DNA of 64,000 nt from the human T2T-CHM13v2.0 reference genome, Homo sapiens, in assembly GCF_009914755.1 (NCBI RefSeq), contig NC_060938.1, one strand, 5' to 3'. Positions 42,455-54,320 of the stretch are shown here, piece after piece. The notes under the pieces were generated by a model. It saw only the letters and a list, made by a program, of their open reading frames with translations, was not told where the DNA came from and did no database searches. The number at the start of each line of letters is the position of its first letter. Positions within the stretch are counted from its first letter, which is position 1. A program made the translations under genes and the position numbers.

Positions 42455-43560
42455 TTAATTCAGCAAATATTTGCTGAATACCTGTCTATATGTCCAGGTA
42501 TTGTGCAAGCTCTGCTATAGAGTGGCATTGTGCAAGCTCTGCTATAGAGTGCTGAGCTAGTAGGCACAGTTCTTCCCCTCATAAAGGGTATAGTCTAGGG
42601 AAGGAAGTCAATATTAAGAGGGCAAAGAGAGAAGCTTGTGGGGGAGCTCTGAGGTGGGGACCACATTGGAGTGTTTGGGGAATGAGTAATGGTGGCTGAA
42701 GTACAGTGAGGGAGAGGTAGACAGTGAGAGGTGGGGCTGGAGATGTGGGCAGAGGCCATAGGAAAATTCTCGATTTTATCCTAAGTGCCATGTGAAGTAA
42801 CAGCAAAGGCTTTGAGTAGGGAAGAGATGATTTTATTTTGAAAAGTTTACCCTGACTGCTTTGTGGAGAACAGGTTGGCCACAGGCAAGAATGAAAGTAG
42901 GAAGGCTGATGATGAGGCAATGACATTGGTTCAGCTGAGAAAGGTGGCAATGGAAAGGGAGGGAAGTGGCTGGTTTGGTATACATTGTGGGGACTGTACT
43001 GACAGGGTTGTGATTGATTATTGGACATGAGGGAAGGGAAAGGTCAAGAATGACATCTATATCCCTGTCATTACAGCGCATTTACTGAGCCAGGAAACAT
43101 TGGAGGAGAGGCTGCTGGGGGAGGAAAGACGAACAATTCACTTTGAAATGCCTCGAAAATATTTAAAAAGAGTTTCCAACTAAGCAGTTAGACAGTAGGT
43201 CTGGAATGCAAAAAAGAATTCTAGGCTGAAGATAGCAATTGGGAATGGTTGGTTTATAGATGGTCTCTAAATCCATGGGAGAGATTAAGGAGGGAGGATA
43301 AAGTGAGAAGTCAGGGCTTAGGGCTGGAATAATACATGGAATATACTTAGTACCATGTCTGATACAGGGGAAGCGCTCAATAAATGTAAGTTCTCATTAC
43401 CATTGTTGTTGTTAATAGACGCAGAGATAAAACTAGGAAAGCATGGTGACACAGAAACCAAGATAACAGGGTGTGTGTCGAGGAGGAGGTGGCCAAATGA
43501 ATGACATAGAAAGTGAAGACATGTTGCATTAGAAACATGCAACCATTCATAGAGTGGTGT
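42455..43560 (-). mobile_element. L2 (~1 kb) with a + strand MIR 3' end inserted at ~43320-43412
   Basis: 3' end ATTCAGCAAATATTTGCTGAATACC; GGAAAGGTCAAGAATGACA; MIR tail AGCGCTCAATAAATGTAAGTTCTCATTACCATT. Confidence 0.75.
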
Positions 43561-44119
43561 GCTGGTAGAAAGGTTTATGGAGTGCCAGTTTAGTCAGTCA
43601 CCCCTGTGTAGGACACCTATGGAACACCATAGGGGGCCTCTAAGGAGAAACATCTCCTTATTGCCATTGTGTCCCCAGGCCAGTGAGCATGACCTGCTCT
43701 GTGGCTTTACTTGCTGCCATTAAACCACCAATAGATCTTTGTTGTTTAAAGCAGATTTAGGAGACCACTAGGGTCCTTTCAGCCATCTGGGTGCATTCTT
43801 AGGTATAACTGAACCAACAGAGTGAGGAGTCTCTGTAGCTATGCCACAGTGAGTTTGTTCCCATTTTATTGAGGACAGAGCAGAATCTAGGCACAAATAG
43901 ACTAGGGCCACTGACATGGTGTGATTTGAGGGGCTCAGAGAGGCCTCTATATCTTGCCTCTGATTCTTCTCTGATTGGGAGAGATAAGAAGGAAGGATGA
44001 AGTCATTGAGGGCCTGGAGAACAGGCTGGTGATGTTTAACTCATTCTAATAAGATCTCACTGTGGAAGGGCTGAGGTTACCAAGAAGTATGACCTAAGAC
44101 ACCAGAAGCTGTGTAAACA

Positions 44120-44178
44120 TGTGTGTGTGTGTGTGTGTGTGTGCATGTTTCCAGATGTCTGTGTATGTGTGATGTGTG
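44120..44178. repeat. (TG)n microsatellite
   Basis: About 12 perfect units plus a degenerate extension. Confidence 0.9.
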
Positions 44179-45314
44179 AACAAAGGCAGTACGGCATGAG
44201 AAAGCAATGGAAGGAGGAGGAGAGACTGCTCAACTTGCCTTGGAAGTTGCTCCATCTTATACAATCACCTTTGCAGGTTGGATGGCCCAAGATATCTAAG
44301 AAGTTCAGGATTGTCTCAGCTGTAAGGAAGTGGCATTATCTGACCACAGGGCCTTATCACAGGCTGCTTCCCTGATACAAGGTGAAATTCAGACTTCTTG
44401 GATGCTGTACAGGTGGCCTCATTTGAAGAAAATTCGATATACGGAAGTCTAAATTTTTGAAATAATTCACTCAATTGAAATCTGATTGAGGTCAAAGATC
44501 GTGTCTTATATTTCTTTCATATCCTTTGCCCATTAAGCCCTCCATAAATACACATTGTTTCTCTACTAAATAATTCACCTCAGGGTTCTTGGAAATAATG
44601 AGCTCCCTTAGCACTCTAAAGATACGTTTCTATTTTCAAAGATTTCCTGGCAGCTCTTAAGGGGTGTATCTATTCTATAGTCAGAAATACATCTGTAGAC
44701 AATTTTAGTTCAAGTGCACATACAACCAAACAAAATCAAATTCATGCGTTCATAATGGCTTATCATGATGTTGCTTAGTTTGGCAGTTTTATTTTAATAG
44801 GCAAATGTGTACTTTATAATCAAGAATAATTCTATTCCTAGGTGCATAGGAGGCAAAGAAGGAGCAGAGGAAGATGAGTACTTCCAATTTGAGTCAATGT
44901 CCAGGCAGATAGTTATAATCATTTTAGAGATCTCTTGGCTTCTAGAAGAACAAGTTTCTGGGGCCTCAGGACCACTCAGAAAAGAAAACAGATCTCCTGA
45001 ATGTCAAGAACTTGCATTTATTCCAGGTGACAAAATTCCCCTCTGTTCTCCCCTGTTCCACTAGAACAGAGGTGACACATTTGGTGACAATGATCCTCAG
45101 TCTCTGGGGTGGCCTGAGGCTCGCTCTGGGCTGCACCAGCTCACTCTCTACCAGGCTTGGGTCCTGATGCATACACACCACTCAAGCAACCCTGCATGGC
45201 CAACAAGAGCCTTCCTTCTCCAATTCCAAAAAGGATGGCACCTTTTTCCTCTAAAGGAGTTTCTATTTTGTGTAATTAATAAAAATTAGGAGGCCTTTTC
45301 TCAAAATAATTCTG

Positions 45315-45342
45315 TATATATATATATACATATATATATATA
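45315..45342. repeat. (TA)n microsatellite
   Basis: Seen directly, one interruption. Confidence 0.9.
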
Positions 45343-46624
45343 ATTCCTTTTGAAAGTGTAGATTTTATTAATAACTTCTGCTACTGTTGGGCTTACCACT
45401 GGATTCATGAACACAACCTCCCTTTGGCATTGCTGTTGAATTCCAAGGAGCTAAGATGTTTTGGTAGAGAGTGGAGAGGAAAGGGAGCTAAAGGATCCTT
45501 TCCTATGAGAAGCTGGACTTATTTTTCTCTTTGGTGTTCTAATTTCTCTTAGTGTGTGTCTCCTTGTACCACTGCTGTAGTACATCACGACCACAAATAT
45601 GCCTCGCTCTGGTGGAGGGCTGTTAGTGTGTTCCCAGAGAGACAAGTTGTTTGAAGTGAATATGTTCACTCCTTGAGCCATGCTAAGAACAGACTTTTAT
45701 ACACTTATTCCTGTGTGGCCACCCAGACTGTAAGTGTCTTGGAACTTTGGGGCTCATAATTCAAGGAAACCACTTTTATGCACAAATGAGAAATACATCC
45801 CCAGTTCGTGCATCACTGAGGGCTGGGCCGTGAGGAAACGGCAGCCACAGCTCACAGAAGGAACAAGAAAACCACAGCTTTGCTTACAAAATTGGCTGCT
45901 TGAAGCAAGTGTGCTAGCACTTTGGACAGATTATATATGCTCAACTTTGCTAAATCATTTACAGAAATCTCTTAAAAACAGAGCTCTTTCCTTAAGCTTC
46001 TGTGTTCCGAATTAGACACATCTTTATTTAAACTCGATTAATCTGTACTATTATGGTGATGTGCAGGTGCAAGTGTGGAAAAGCAAACATTTGAGAAAAG
46101 CCATGGCCTTTCTTTACAGAGCAGCAAGTCTCAATTTGCAATTTGCAATGATCTGATACTTTCCCATGGGTGAGCAAAGAGCTTGAGAATTGCATTCTCT
46201 TCAGGACAATGAGACTGTGCAATAGTCCGCTATTTTGGTTTGTTCAAACAAGTAATGGGAAACGATTTCACCAATTCTTTTTAGGCATAAGGGTGTCACA
46301 GAAGTTTTTTTCTAATGGACTGTCGCTGACCTGGCCACAAGTGGCCAGGAAGAAGGTCTTAAAATTCAGCTACACATGAAGAATGGATGGATTCCCCAGG
46401 TCTGGACAGGTGAGGAGTTAAGTCTAGAGGAGGCTACTTAGGCAGAAAGGAGCATGTAGGTAATAATAAGTCAGAGTGCACATGTTAGAAAGTCGAATAA
46501 TCATCCTTGGGTGGAGATCAATTTTTCCTTGCTTGCTTTTCTGCTTCCTGCTGGGTGTGGATGGACCAGAGTTTGTAGGAGCCAGTTCCTGGCCTAAAGA
46601 AGATGAGAGATCTGCGGATGATGG

Positions 46625-46880
46625 CAACAATCATGATAGTAAGTGCTTAGCTTATGACTACTACACTTACTATGCTAAGCATTTTACATATTTTAACTCA
46701 TTAGTCCTCACAGTGACTCTATGACGTAGATGCTAGTATTGTTTTCATTTTGCAGATGTAGAGAATGAAAGAGAGAAAATAAGAGTTTATATAACAGCTA
46801 AGCACAATAAATGGTGGTGCCAGGATTTGAACACAGGCAGTCTGTCCCCAGAGTCCATGCTCATAATTCTATTGCTTGGC
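46625..46880 (-). mobile_element. MIR
   Basis: ACTATGCTAAGCATTTTACATATTTTAACTCATT...CATTTTGCAGATG...GGATTTGAACACAGGCAGTCTG. Confidence 0.8.
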
Positions 46881-47214
46881 ATATATTGTCCAACATAATT
46901 TGGCTTTCCTAGTAAAATGTTTTTCTGATGAACCCACAGTGTGAGTCAACTTGGAAGTATAAGGCTTCAAAATACCAATGCTCTTTCAGCAAGTACCTCT
47001 GGCAGCTGGGAAAATATGAAAATAGTCAGCCTCTATGATTTGATGTATAAATTGCTTCCATTCTTATTTGCCTCAAGGATGGTCTTCAAGCACTTCTGCG
47101 CTCGCCTTAAGCATACACTTAAGGCCGAGTGGGGAAAAGAGATCTCTGGGCATCTCTTCAGACACTTGATTCTAATGTGGTTAGTTCTTAAGAGGTGATG
47201 ACAGGTGACCATTA

Positions 47215-47465
47215 CAATAGATCAATCACTTACTGAGCACTGACTATGTAATAGGCACTGTACGAGCATTTTACTTGCATCTTCTCCCTAATCTTTGATC
47301 TTGTCAATAAAACAGGTATTATAGTCCCAGTTTTAGAGATGAAGAAACTGAGGCACAGAGAGTCAAATAATTTGCTTGCTTGATGTTCCAAACAAAAAAG
47401 TGGTAAACATTGGATTCAAATTTGGGTCAGGGAGACTCCAAAGTTCTTGCTTTTAACCATTGCCA
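47215..47465 (-). mobile_element. MIR
   Basis: TTACTGAGCACTGACTATGTAATAGGCACTG...AGATGAAGAAACTGAGGCACAGAGAG. Confidence 0.82.
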
Positions 47466-47580
47466 TAGATACATACCAGTACTTTAGCACTTAGTGACAT
47501 TTGTACTGTAGCAGTCAGTGACACATTATTTAGCAAAGTGAAAATTACTATGTCAATTTCTCAATCCTAATCAAGGGTTT

Positions 47581-48086
47581 TGTGATGGTTTTGTAGTGTA
47601 TCAACTTGGCTAGGCAGAACTGCATTTCCCAGAATTCACTTTTTTATATGTTTCTGGTAATAGAAGAACCACAAAGAAAATTCTTGGGAGATTTATAGGA
47701 CAGAAGGGAAGCAGGGGCCATCTTGTAACTCATATGTTGTTGCTGGTCTGCTGAGTCAACTTGTGGTTGGTGTGAAGAAGCATTTATAAACTCTGCTCTG
47801 TTTCTCCACCTCCTGTGCAAGGTGTGTGTTTAGTTCCATGGCAAAGGGCCTTGACTTCTATGTATCACCAAGATCAGTCTACCTGTGCCTATGGCTTCCA
47901 GCCTGCCTGGGATATTTTTTGCATCTATCTTCTCTTTCTGATTGCTTGTCCTATGGACATCCAGCTCCAGACTCAGACATGGAGACAACAGCCTCACAGA
48001 GACTGCTTATTCAGCTCCCACGAGGACAATTCCCTGGAGCAAATCTCTACAGTTTCTGTTTCTCTGGTTGAACTCTGACCGATATA
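47581..48086 (+). mobile_element. MLT2E/F-type ERVL solo LTR
   Basis: TGTGATGGTTTTGTAGTGTATCAACTTGGCTAGGC...CATTTCCCAGAATTC ... GTTTCTCTGGTTGAACTCTGACCGATATA. Confidence 0.7.
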
Positions 48087-48214
48087 GTTGGTCATCTGAA
48101 AGTCATCTCTACCATCTCTACATGGTCCATGCCCCAGCATCAAGACTGGGGCAGTCCTTCCTTCCCAGGGGGCAGGGAAAGAAGTGCAGGCTCTCTTTAC
48201 CACTACTTGTGGTA

Positions 48215-48425
48215 CCATGCTCTATTTTCTATCATGCTCTCTCACATGATTATCACCTGTGACATAAATAGGGTAGAAACTCTTCTCCCATTTCACAGAA
48301 GAGGAAACTAAGGCCTGTGAGGTTTGATTACTTGTTAGCAGCTTTCTCAGGATTAGGATCTAGGCCACTGGACTTCAATTAGGTGTCCTACACTTATTCT
48401 GAGATTCAATATTATGATTTTTCAA
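48215..48425 (-). mobile_element. MIR
   Basis: CCCATTTCACAGAAGAGGAAACTAAGGCC. Confidence 0.65.
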
Positions 48426-49034
48426 ACCCAAGCATATGTAAGTGAGTGTTGAATTTCTTTGCCGGAGACAAGCCTTCTCTGTGGATAGTTTAAGCTGTGA
48501 TTTCTCGATGAGAATGAAACTATAATGGAGCTCAACTTGACATTTTCTTCTCTTTGAGTTTGAAAATAACTTGCTAATGAATTTTTTTAGTATCTGCTTC
48601 AAGATTCACTCATGCTGTTCACATTTCCTTGTCTTCTATAGTCAAATGTGTTACTGTTTGAGGTAAGGGAGCTTCATAGTGTGTACTTTCCTTCTGATGA
48701 GGCAGAAGCAGACCAATATGAGGAAAATTAATATAAAATATTAAGTGGCTCATAAAACAGAGGTGATATATTTACATAGAAATGACATGATCAGGATATA
48801 GATCTAAAGGACATTAACATGTTAGTTTCTTGCCTGTGGACAGATAAAATTGTGGGTTTTTTTTCTCTCTTTAAGACTGATTCTTTTTTCAAACTTTTTT
48901 GAAATGGTTCATGGCACAGATGAACCACATATAGTGCCCAACCCACTAGAATGTAAGCCGCGTGAGACCAGAGACCACGTCTGTCTTGCTTATGATAGTC
49001 CCTAGCATCTAGTACATAAACAGTGCTTACCACA

Positions 49035-49230
49035 TTGTAACTTACTAGGTGAACTTAATCGTCACAAAAAAATAAGCAAGAAATATTGTTATCCCAAATG
49101 AAGAAACTGAGTCACAGAGAGTTTAACTAACTTACCTAAGGTCACCCAGTAAGTTAGTAGTGAAGCAAGGTATGAATCCAGGCAGTCTGGGTCTAAAGAC
49201 CTACTCTTCACCCCTACATTGTATTGCTAT
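49035..49230 (-). mobile_element. MIR, adjacent to an L2 3' fragment at ~48940-49030
   Basis: AAATGAAGAAACTGAGTCACAGAGAGTTTAACTAACTTACCTAAGGTCACCCAG. Confidence 0.75.
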
Positions 49231-49594
49231 CCTGTGATTATTGTTAGTAATTGGCCTGGATTATACTGGATTATTATATCACTTATAGCGATATAATGAG
49301 TGATAAATATGTTAATAGCTATCACAAATTTGTGGCTATTTCATCCCGATTCTCTTTTAGAACATATGTATTAGACATGTCTATAAATGCATACACATAG
49401 GCATGTATATATACATACACATGTTTACTCCAATGACAAATCTCTTTCCCAAACACTGGGTAATAATAACAGGCATTAGCCATAAAAAAGGTGAATGTCT
49501 CTAAGTCCAGGAGCCTCCCTCTCCTGTGGCTGCAACTACTATCCTTACTATTGACTGGATGCCCAACTGCTTTGTGGATGAAGGCGAGAAATGT

Positions 49595-50035
49595 TGTCTT
49601 AGTCCTTCTAGGGTTACTACAAAAGAATGCCTGAGGCTGAGTAATTTATAAATTATTTGACTCACAGTTCTGCAGGCTGTACAAGAAGCATGGCACCAGC
49701 TTCTGCTTCTGGTGAGGGCTTTAGGCAGCTTCCAACTATGGTGGAAGGGGAGGGAAGCTGGTATATGCAAATATCACATGGTAAGAGAGGAAGCAAGAAG
49801 GGGGCATGGAGGAAAGCGCAGGCTCTCTTTAACAACCAGCTCTCACAGGAAATAATAGAGCAAGAACTTACTCATTACTGTGAGGACCTCACTCATTACT
49901 GCAAGGATGGCACCAAGTTATTCATGTAGGATCCACCTCCATGACCCAAACACTTCGTAGTAGGCCCCACCTCCAACAATGGGTATCAGATTTCATCATG
50001 ACATTTGGATGGGTCAAGGAAACCAAACTATAGCA
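49595..50035 (-). mobile_element. MSTB-type MaLR solo LTR
   Basis: TGTCTTAGTCC...CACAGTTCTGCAGGCTGTACAAGAAGCATGGCACCAGC...AAACTATAGCA; TSD AATGT/AATGC. Confidence 0.88.
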
Positions 50036-50307
50036 AATGCGAACAGGAAAAGAGTGAGTGGAGCCACATTGAGGCTTGGTGAAACAAGGGTGGGAAGAAC
50101 GAGAAGAAAGAGAGGGGTATTTTGAATGGCTCCCAAGCCTAAACCATTCAATAGGCATTAAATACTAACAGTCCTCCTCAAAGTTTTCACAATGGAAATG
50201 ACAGTGACCAAATTTTCAACATGGAGGTCAGGACCACTCTGGATGTGATCTGCCTGAGCGCAAAGCCTTCAGGAATGACTTAAGTCCCCTAAGTTAGCTG
50301 TCAACTT

Positions 50308-50363
50308 CATTTTATTTATTTATTTTGAGACAGAGTCTCACTCTGTCACCCAGGCTGTGAGTG
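50308..50363 (-). mobile_element. Extremely 5'-truncated Alu (about 37 bp plus tail)
   Basis: TTTATTTATTTATTTTGAGACAGAGTCTCACTCTGTCACCCAGGCTG; perfect 16-bp TSD AGTTAGCTGTCAACTT at 50292-50307 and 50364-50379. Confidence 0.92.
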
Positions 50364-51444
50364 AGTTAGCTGTCAACTTTAAATAAATTGAAAAAACATA
50401 GTAAAGGAATAATTTTGAAGATTTAGGAGCCAGCTAATCTCTTTATCTCATTGGGTCAATTTTCCCCACCCTCTCTGTCCCTCGTTGATTTCAGCTGCTC
50501 TACTTGCTCAGCTCTCTGCGTGATTGGGTTCCGCCACATTGCCTGGTCATCATGCACACTGACCAGGAGCCAGAGTTCAACTCACACAGCCCAGTGGTTT
50601 TCATTTGTTAGAAATGACAGGGTTTTCTTGTGCTGTTATAAAGCTTATCTGCTCATGTTATTTCTCAATATCAAATCACAGTAGAAAAACAGAAATGCCC
50701 CTGCTTAACACAGGTAGGATTACACTTGGGAGTGTTGATGACTTAAGCAAAGATTTTCCACCTACAGCCAAGTGATTGATGGCTTATCCATCTGCACGTA
50801 ATACCAGTGTTTAAATCCTGGCTTGAATGGTCATGTCACCTGTAGTTTCTAAACAACTGAATATTTTCTCCCAAAGTAAGAATACAAGAAATAAGAATGA
50901 ACACTTGTAAGTTAGCTTTTTATTTCTCTCCTGTTTGATAAGCCTGGAGGAGTCTCTCACGTGTGATGGTAATTGTTATTTGTGGCTCTGTGGCAGGCCA
51001 CAAGAAGGTCACCAGACTTAGGCTGTGGCTTATTCCCCTTTTGTCTTCTCACGTCAGCAGGTGTCATAAATATCAATTTCATTATAATTTAAATATAACT
51101 ACATAACTGGACATAATGGGCTTTTGACTTTCCTTTGGAAAACTGGTTGAGGCAGTTTTGGGGACAAATAAAATGAAAACTTGCCTGTTTTCTTTTTTTT
51201 AATTGAATTCTCCTTCAATTTGATCCATACTAGGGTATCAAATATTGCTTTCTAGTTAACTCCTGTTCTCAGCTTTAAAAATACTGTGTGTACACTGTTC
51301 AAGGTGTACAAGCACATACACATATACATATAGATGTAGACACATGTACATACACTGTTCAATAATTTATACTTTGAACAGCATTCCGATTGGCGGTGCA
51401 TCTAAATGTTTAAAAAATAGTCAGCATGCCATGTGAATTGTGCA

Positions 51445-52120
51445 ACATCCTGAGCCCTTGGTCATTCTCACCTAGACCACTGTGACAGATTCCTAACCAG
51501 CCCTCCTGCTTCGCTTCTCCCCTTAACTCCTGACGGCCATGTTCTACACAATAGCCAGAGTGGCTCTAAAAAGTAAATCTGACCACACCACTCCCCTGCT
51601 ATCACTGTCTGGTGGCTTTCCACTGCAATGGGAGTGTAATACAAATGTCTCACAAGGGTCTACTGTGTCCTACATGACCTGTATTTTGCCTTTCTCTTGG
51701 ACTCCATCTCATTCTACTTCTGGGTTAAGATCCTGTCTGCCTCAGGAGTCTTTCCACTTGCCCTTTCCCCTGGCTGAACCTCTCTTCCCTTAGATCTTGA
51801 CATAGCCAACTTTTTCTATTCATTCAGGTCTTAAGCTCAAATGGTATTTCTACTCTTAAGTGGACCTCCCTGCAGGCCCTGGCTGAAGCAGCTTCCCCCT
51901 CCACTCTCTATCCTATTCCTCTTTTATTCATAGAATATATCACTGAATTTAACTCATGTATGTTTGTAAAAACATTTATTGTGTGGTACCCCGCGGGAAT
52001 GCAGGTGCCATGAGAGTGTCCTCATCTGTCTTTTCCATCACTGTACCACAGCACCTAAAAACACATAGGTATGTTCCAGAGACTCAAAGAATTATTCAAT
52101 AAGTGGATGAGTAGGTGAAC
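51445..52120 (+). mobile_element. L2 (L2a-like) 3' portion
   Basis: CAATAGCCAGAGTGGCTCTAAAAAGTAAATCTGACCACACCACTCCCCTGCT...TTCATTCAGGTCTTAAGCTCAAATG...CACAGCACCTAAAA. Confidence 0.8.
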
Positions 52121-52219
52121 AATTTTACTTAAAGGCAATTTGGGGTACATTTAATTATTTGCTTCCAACTTTTTTATTTTGAAAAAATTAATCATAACTG
52201 TCGGTGCTGATTGCTACTT

Positions 52220-52600
52220 AGAGAATCATAGAAGCTTTTAGTTGGAAAGATTGTTCAATGATCAGTCCAAGCAGACATTCCCTTAGCCAACAGTCCTGAC
52301 AAGGACTCATTTAGTCTTTATTAAAATATTCCCAATGTTGAAAAGCTCGCTCCTTACTTATCCAATATATTCTAATGTTAGACAACTCTGTTGTTTAATA
52401 AACCAAAGTCTCTTTGCATTATGCCAAATCTTAGGCATAGTTCTGTCTTGAAGGGTTACACAGATAAGCCTTCTTTCTTTTTCACACAGAAATACTATCA
52501 TGATTTCTTTTCAGATGGTTTTCTGTTTACTAAATGTCTTCTGTAAGCTCAGTGATTCCTTACATGACCCTCTTACCAGATCTTTCGTTCTTGTAATATT
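52220..52600 (-). mobile_element. L3/CR1 3' end
   Basis: AGAATCATAGAAGCTTTTAGTTGGAAAGA...ATCAGTCCAA, the CR1 terminus in reverse. Confidence 0.55.
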
Positions 52601-52806
52601 TTTTAAAAGGTGTTTGCTTCCTTCTCCTTCCTGAATACATTTTTCTTTGACAATATTCTCATTAAATCTTGTCATCTGCAGTGGAAAACAGTATAAAGCC
52701 ATGTGAGTATAGAAAAAAGTCAGAAGTCAGAAAAACCATAAAGAACTTGAGAATTGTGGGAGTTCCCTAGGAAAGCATGATCATTACTATCAATAAGACT
52801 TCTTTT

Positions 52807-53198
52807 GCTGGGCATTTGGGTTGGTTCCAAGTGGAATACTATGCAGCCATAAAAAAGGATGAGTTCATGTCCTTTGCAGGAACATGGATGAAGCTGGAAA
52901 CTATCATCCTCAGCCAACTAATACAGGAACAGAAAACCAAACACTATGTTCTCACTCATAAGTGGGAGTTGAACAATGAGAACACAGGGACACAGGGAGG
53001 AAAACATCACACACCAGGGCCTATCAGGGGGTAGGGGACAAGAGGAGGGAGAGCAGTAGGACAAATACCTAATGCATGCAGGGCTTAAAACCTGGATGAC
53101 GGGCTGATAGGTGCAGCAGACCACCATGGCACATGTATACCTATGTAACAAACCTGCATGTTCGGCACATGTATCCCAGAACTTAAAGAAAAAAAAAA
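52807..53198 (+). mobile_element. L1PA8/10-like 3' end with a short 5' inversion
   Basis: Forward TGGAATACTATGCAGCC...CCCAGAACTTAAAG plus poly-A; inverted piece at 52807-52832; TSD ACTTCTTTT at 52798-52806 and 53200-53208. Confidence 0.92.
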
Positions 53199-54260
53199 TA
53201 CTTCTTTTTTCACTGTGTTGTTTCTTTTAACTATATTGGTGTGTCCTTACATATAGACTTGAGAAAAAGAAATCATAAGAAGGTCACCAGATTTCTCCCT
53301 TCATACTACCGATGGAGATAGATGGGCTTTGCAGGTGTGACTTTCCCCTTGGACTCTCAGTCAAATAGAATTCTTTTTGAGAGAATAGGCTTCCTCGACT
53401 CTTTGTACGATTTTGTTGCATCTTCAGCCTGAAATCTCAACAAATACAGATTATTTTTCCAACACTGAATATTGCCAAAAAAAAAGGCCACTGTTCTTTT
53501 CTTCCTGGTTTCCTCTCAACTTCAGTAACCACCAGAATACAAAGGCTGGACTCACAGTAGGAACACAGTGGTGACTCTCATTCAAGCAGAAAGTTGACCA
53601 AATGGATAATCTTCCCTCTTTGGACTTCTCTGAAAGTATTTTTGTCTGTGCACTTTGGATGGCATGTGAATCACTTGGCCTGTTGAAATGCCTTACATGG
53701 GTGCCAATAAGCCATTGCAGTCAAAGTAAGCAGAACAAAACAAAGTAAACCGAACACTTAAAACACAGTTAAAAAGGAGGCCAAAGTTTGCGGTTTTTTA
53801 AAAACTAAACTAAAATCCATCTGATTCTATCATTTTGAGTTGTAGTGATTATTTTTTGAGAAGATGGAGGTTTTCAATGAACAAGTGGTCTTTTGCAAGC
53901 AGTATTGTCCCAATTGATCTTATGATTGATGTTTTATGTGGACATGGCGATTGATCTTATGAAGGCCCTTGGTCTGGGGACTCCTCCGGTGTTGGCAGTT
54001 GGGTAAGGAAAAAGAGAGTGTTGTCACAAGTCTAAAAAGGCCACCATGCCCAAGGAGGTATATTGTAGTCATTGAAATACCCACTGTCAACCTCGTAATT
54101 AAGGCATGGAGTTGGACAGTGCTCTCTATTTCCACACATGTGTCCTGGCCAGCCTCATGGACTTGGAGAAGTAATTTCTTTTCCTATTCAAAGCTGCCCT
54201 TAATCTCTGTTTCAATCATGTAAAATTCTACTGCAATAAGGATGGCAGATAGAAGCTGCA

Positions 54261-54320
54261 TGTGTGTGTGTATGTGTGTGTTTGTGTGTGTGTGAGAGAG
54301 AAAGAGAGAGAGACAGAGAC
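54261..54320. repeat. (TG)n(AG)n compound microsatellite
   Basis: Seen directly. Confidence 0.9.

Noticed and set aside
42579-43028. 149-aa ORF
   Set aside because: Lies inside a decayed L2.
44115-44150. AAACATG/CATGTTT inverted repeat around (TG)n
   Set aside because: A 7-bp match partly made of the repeat itself; expected by chance.
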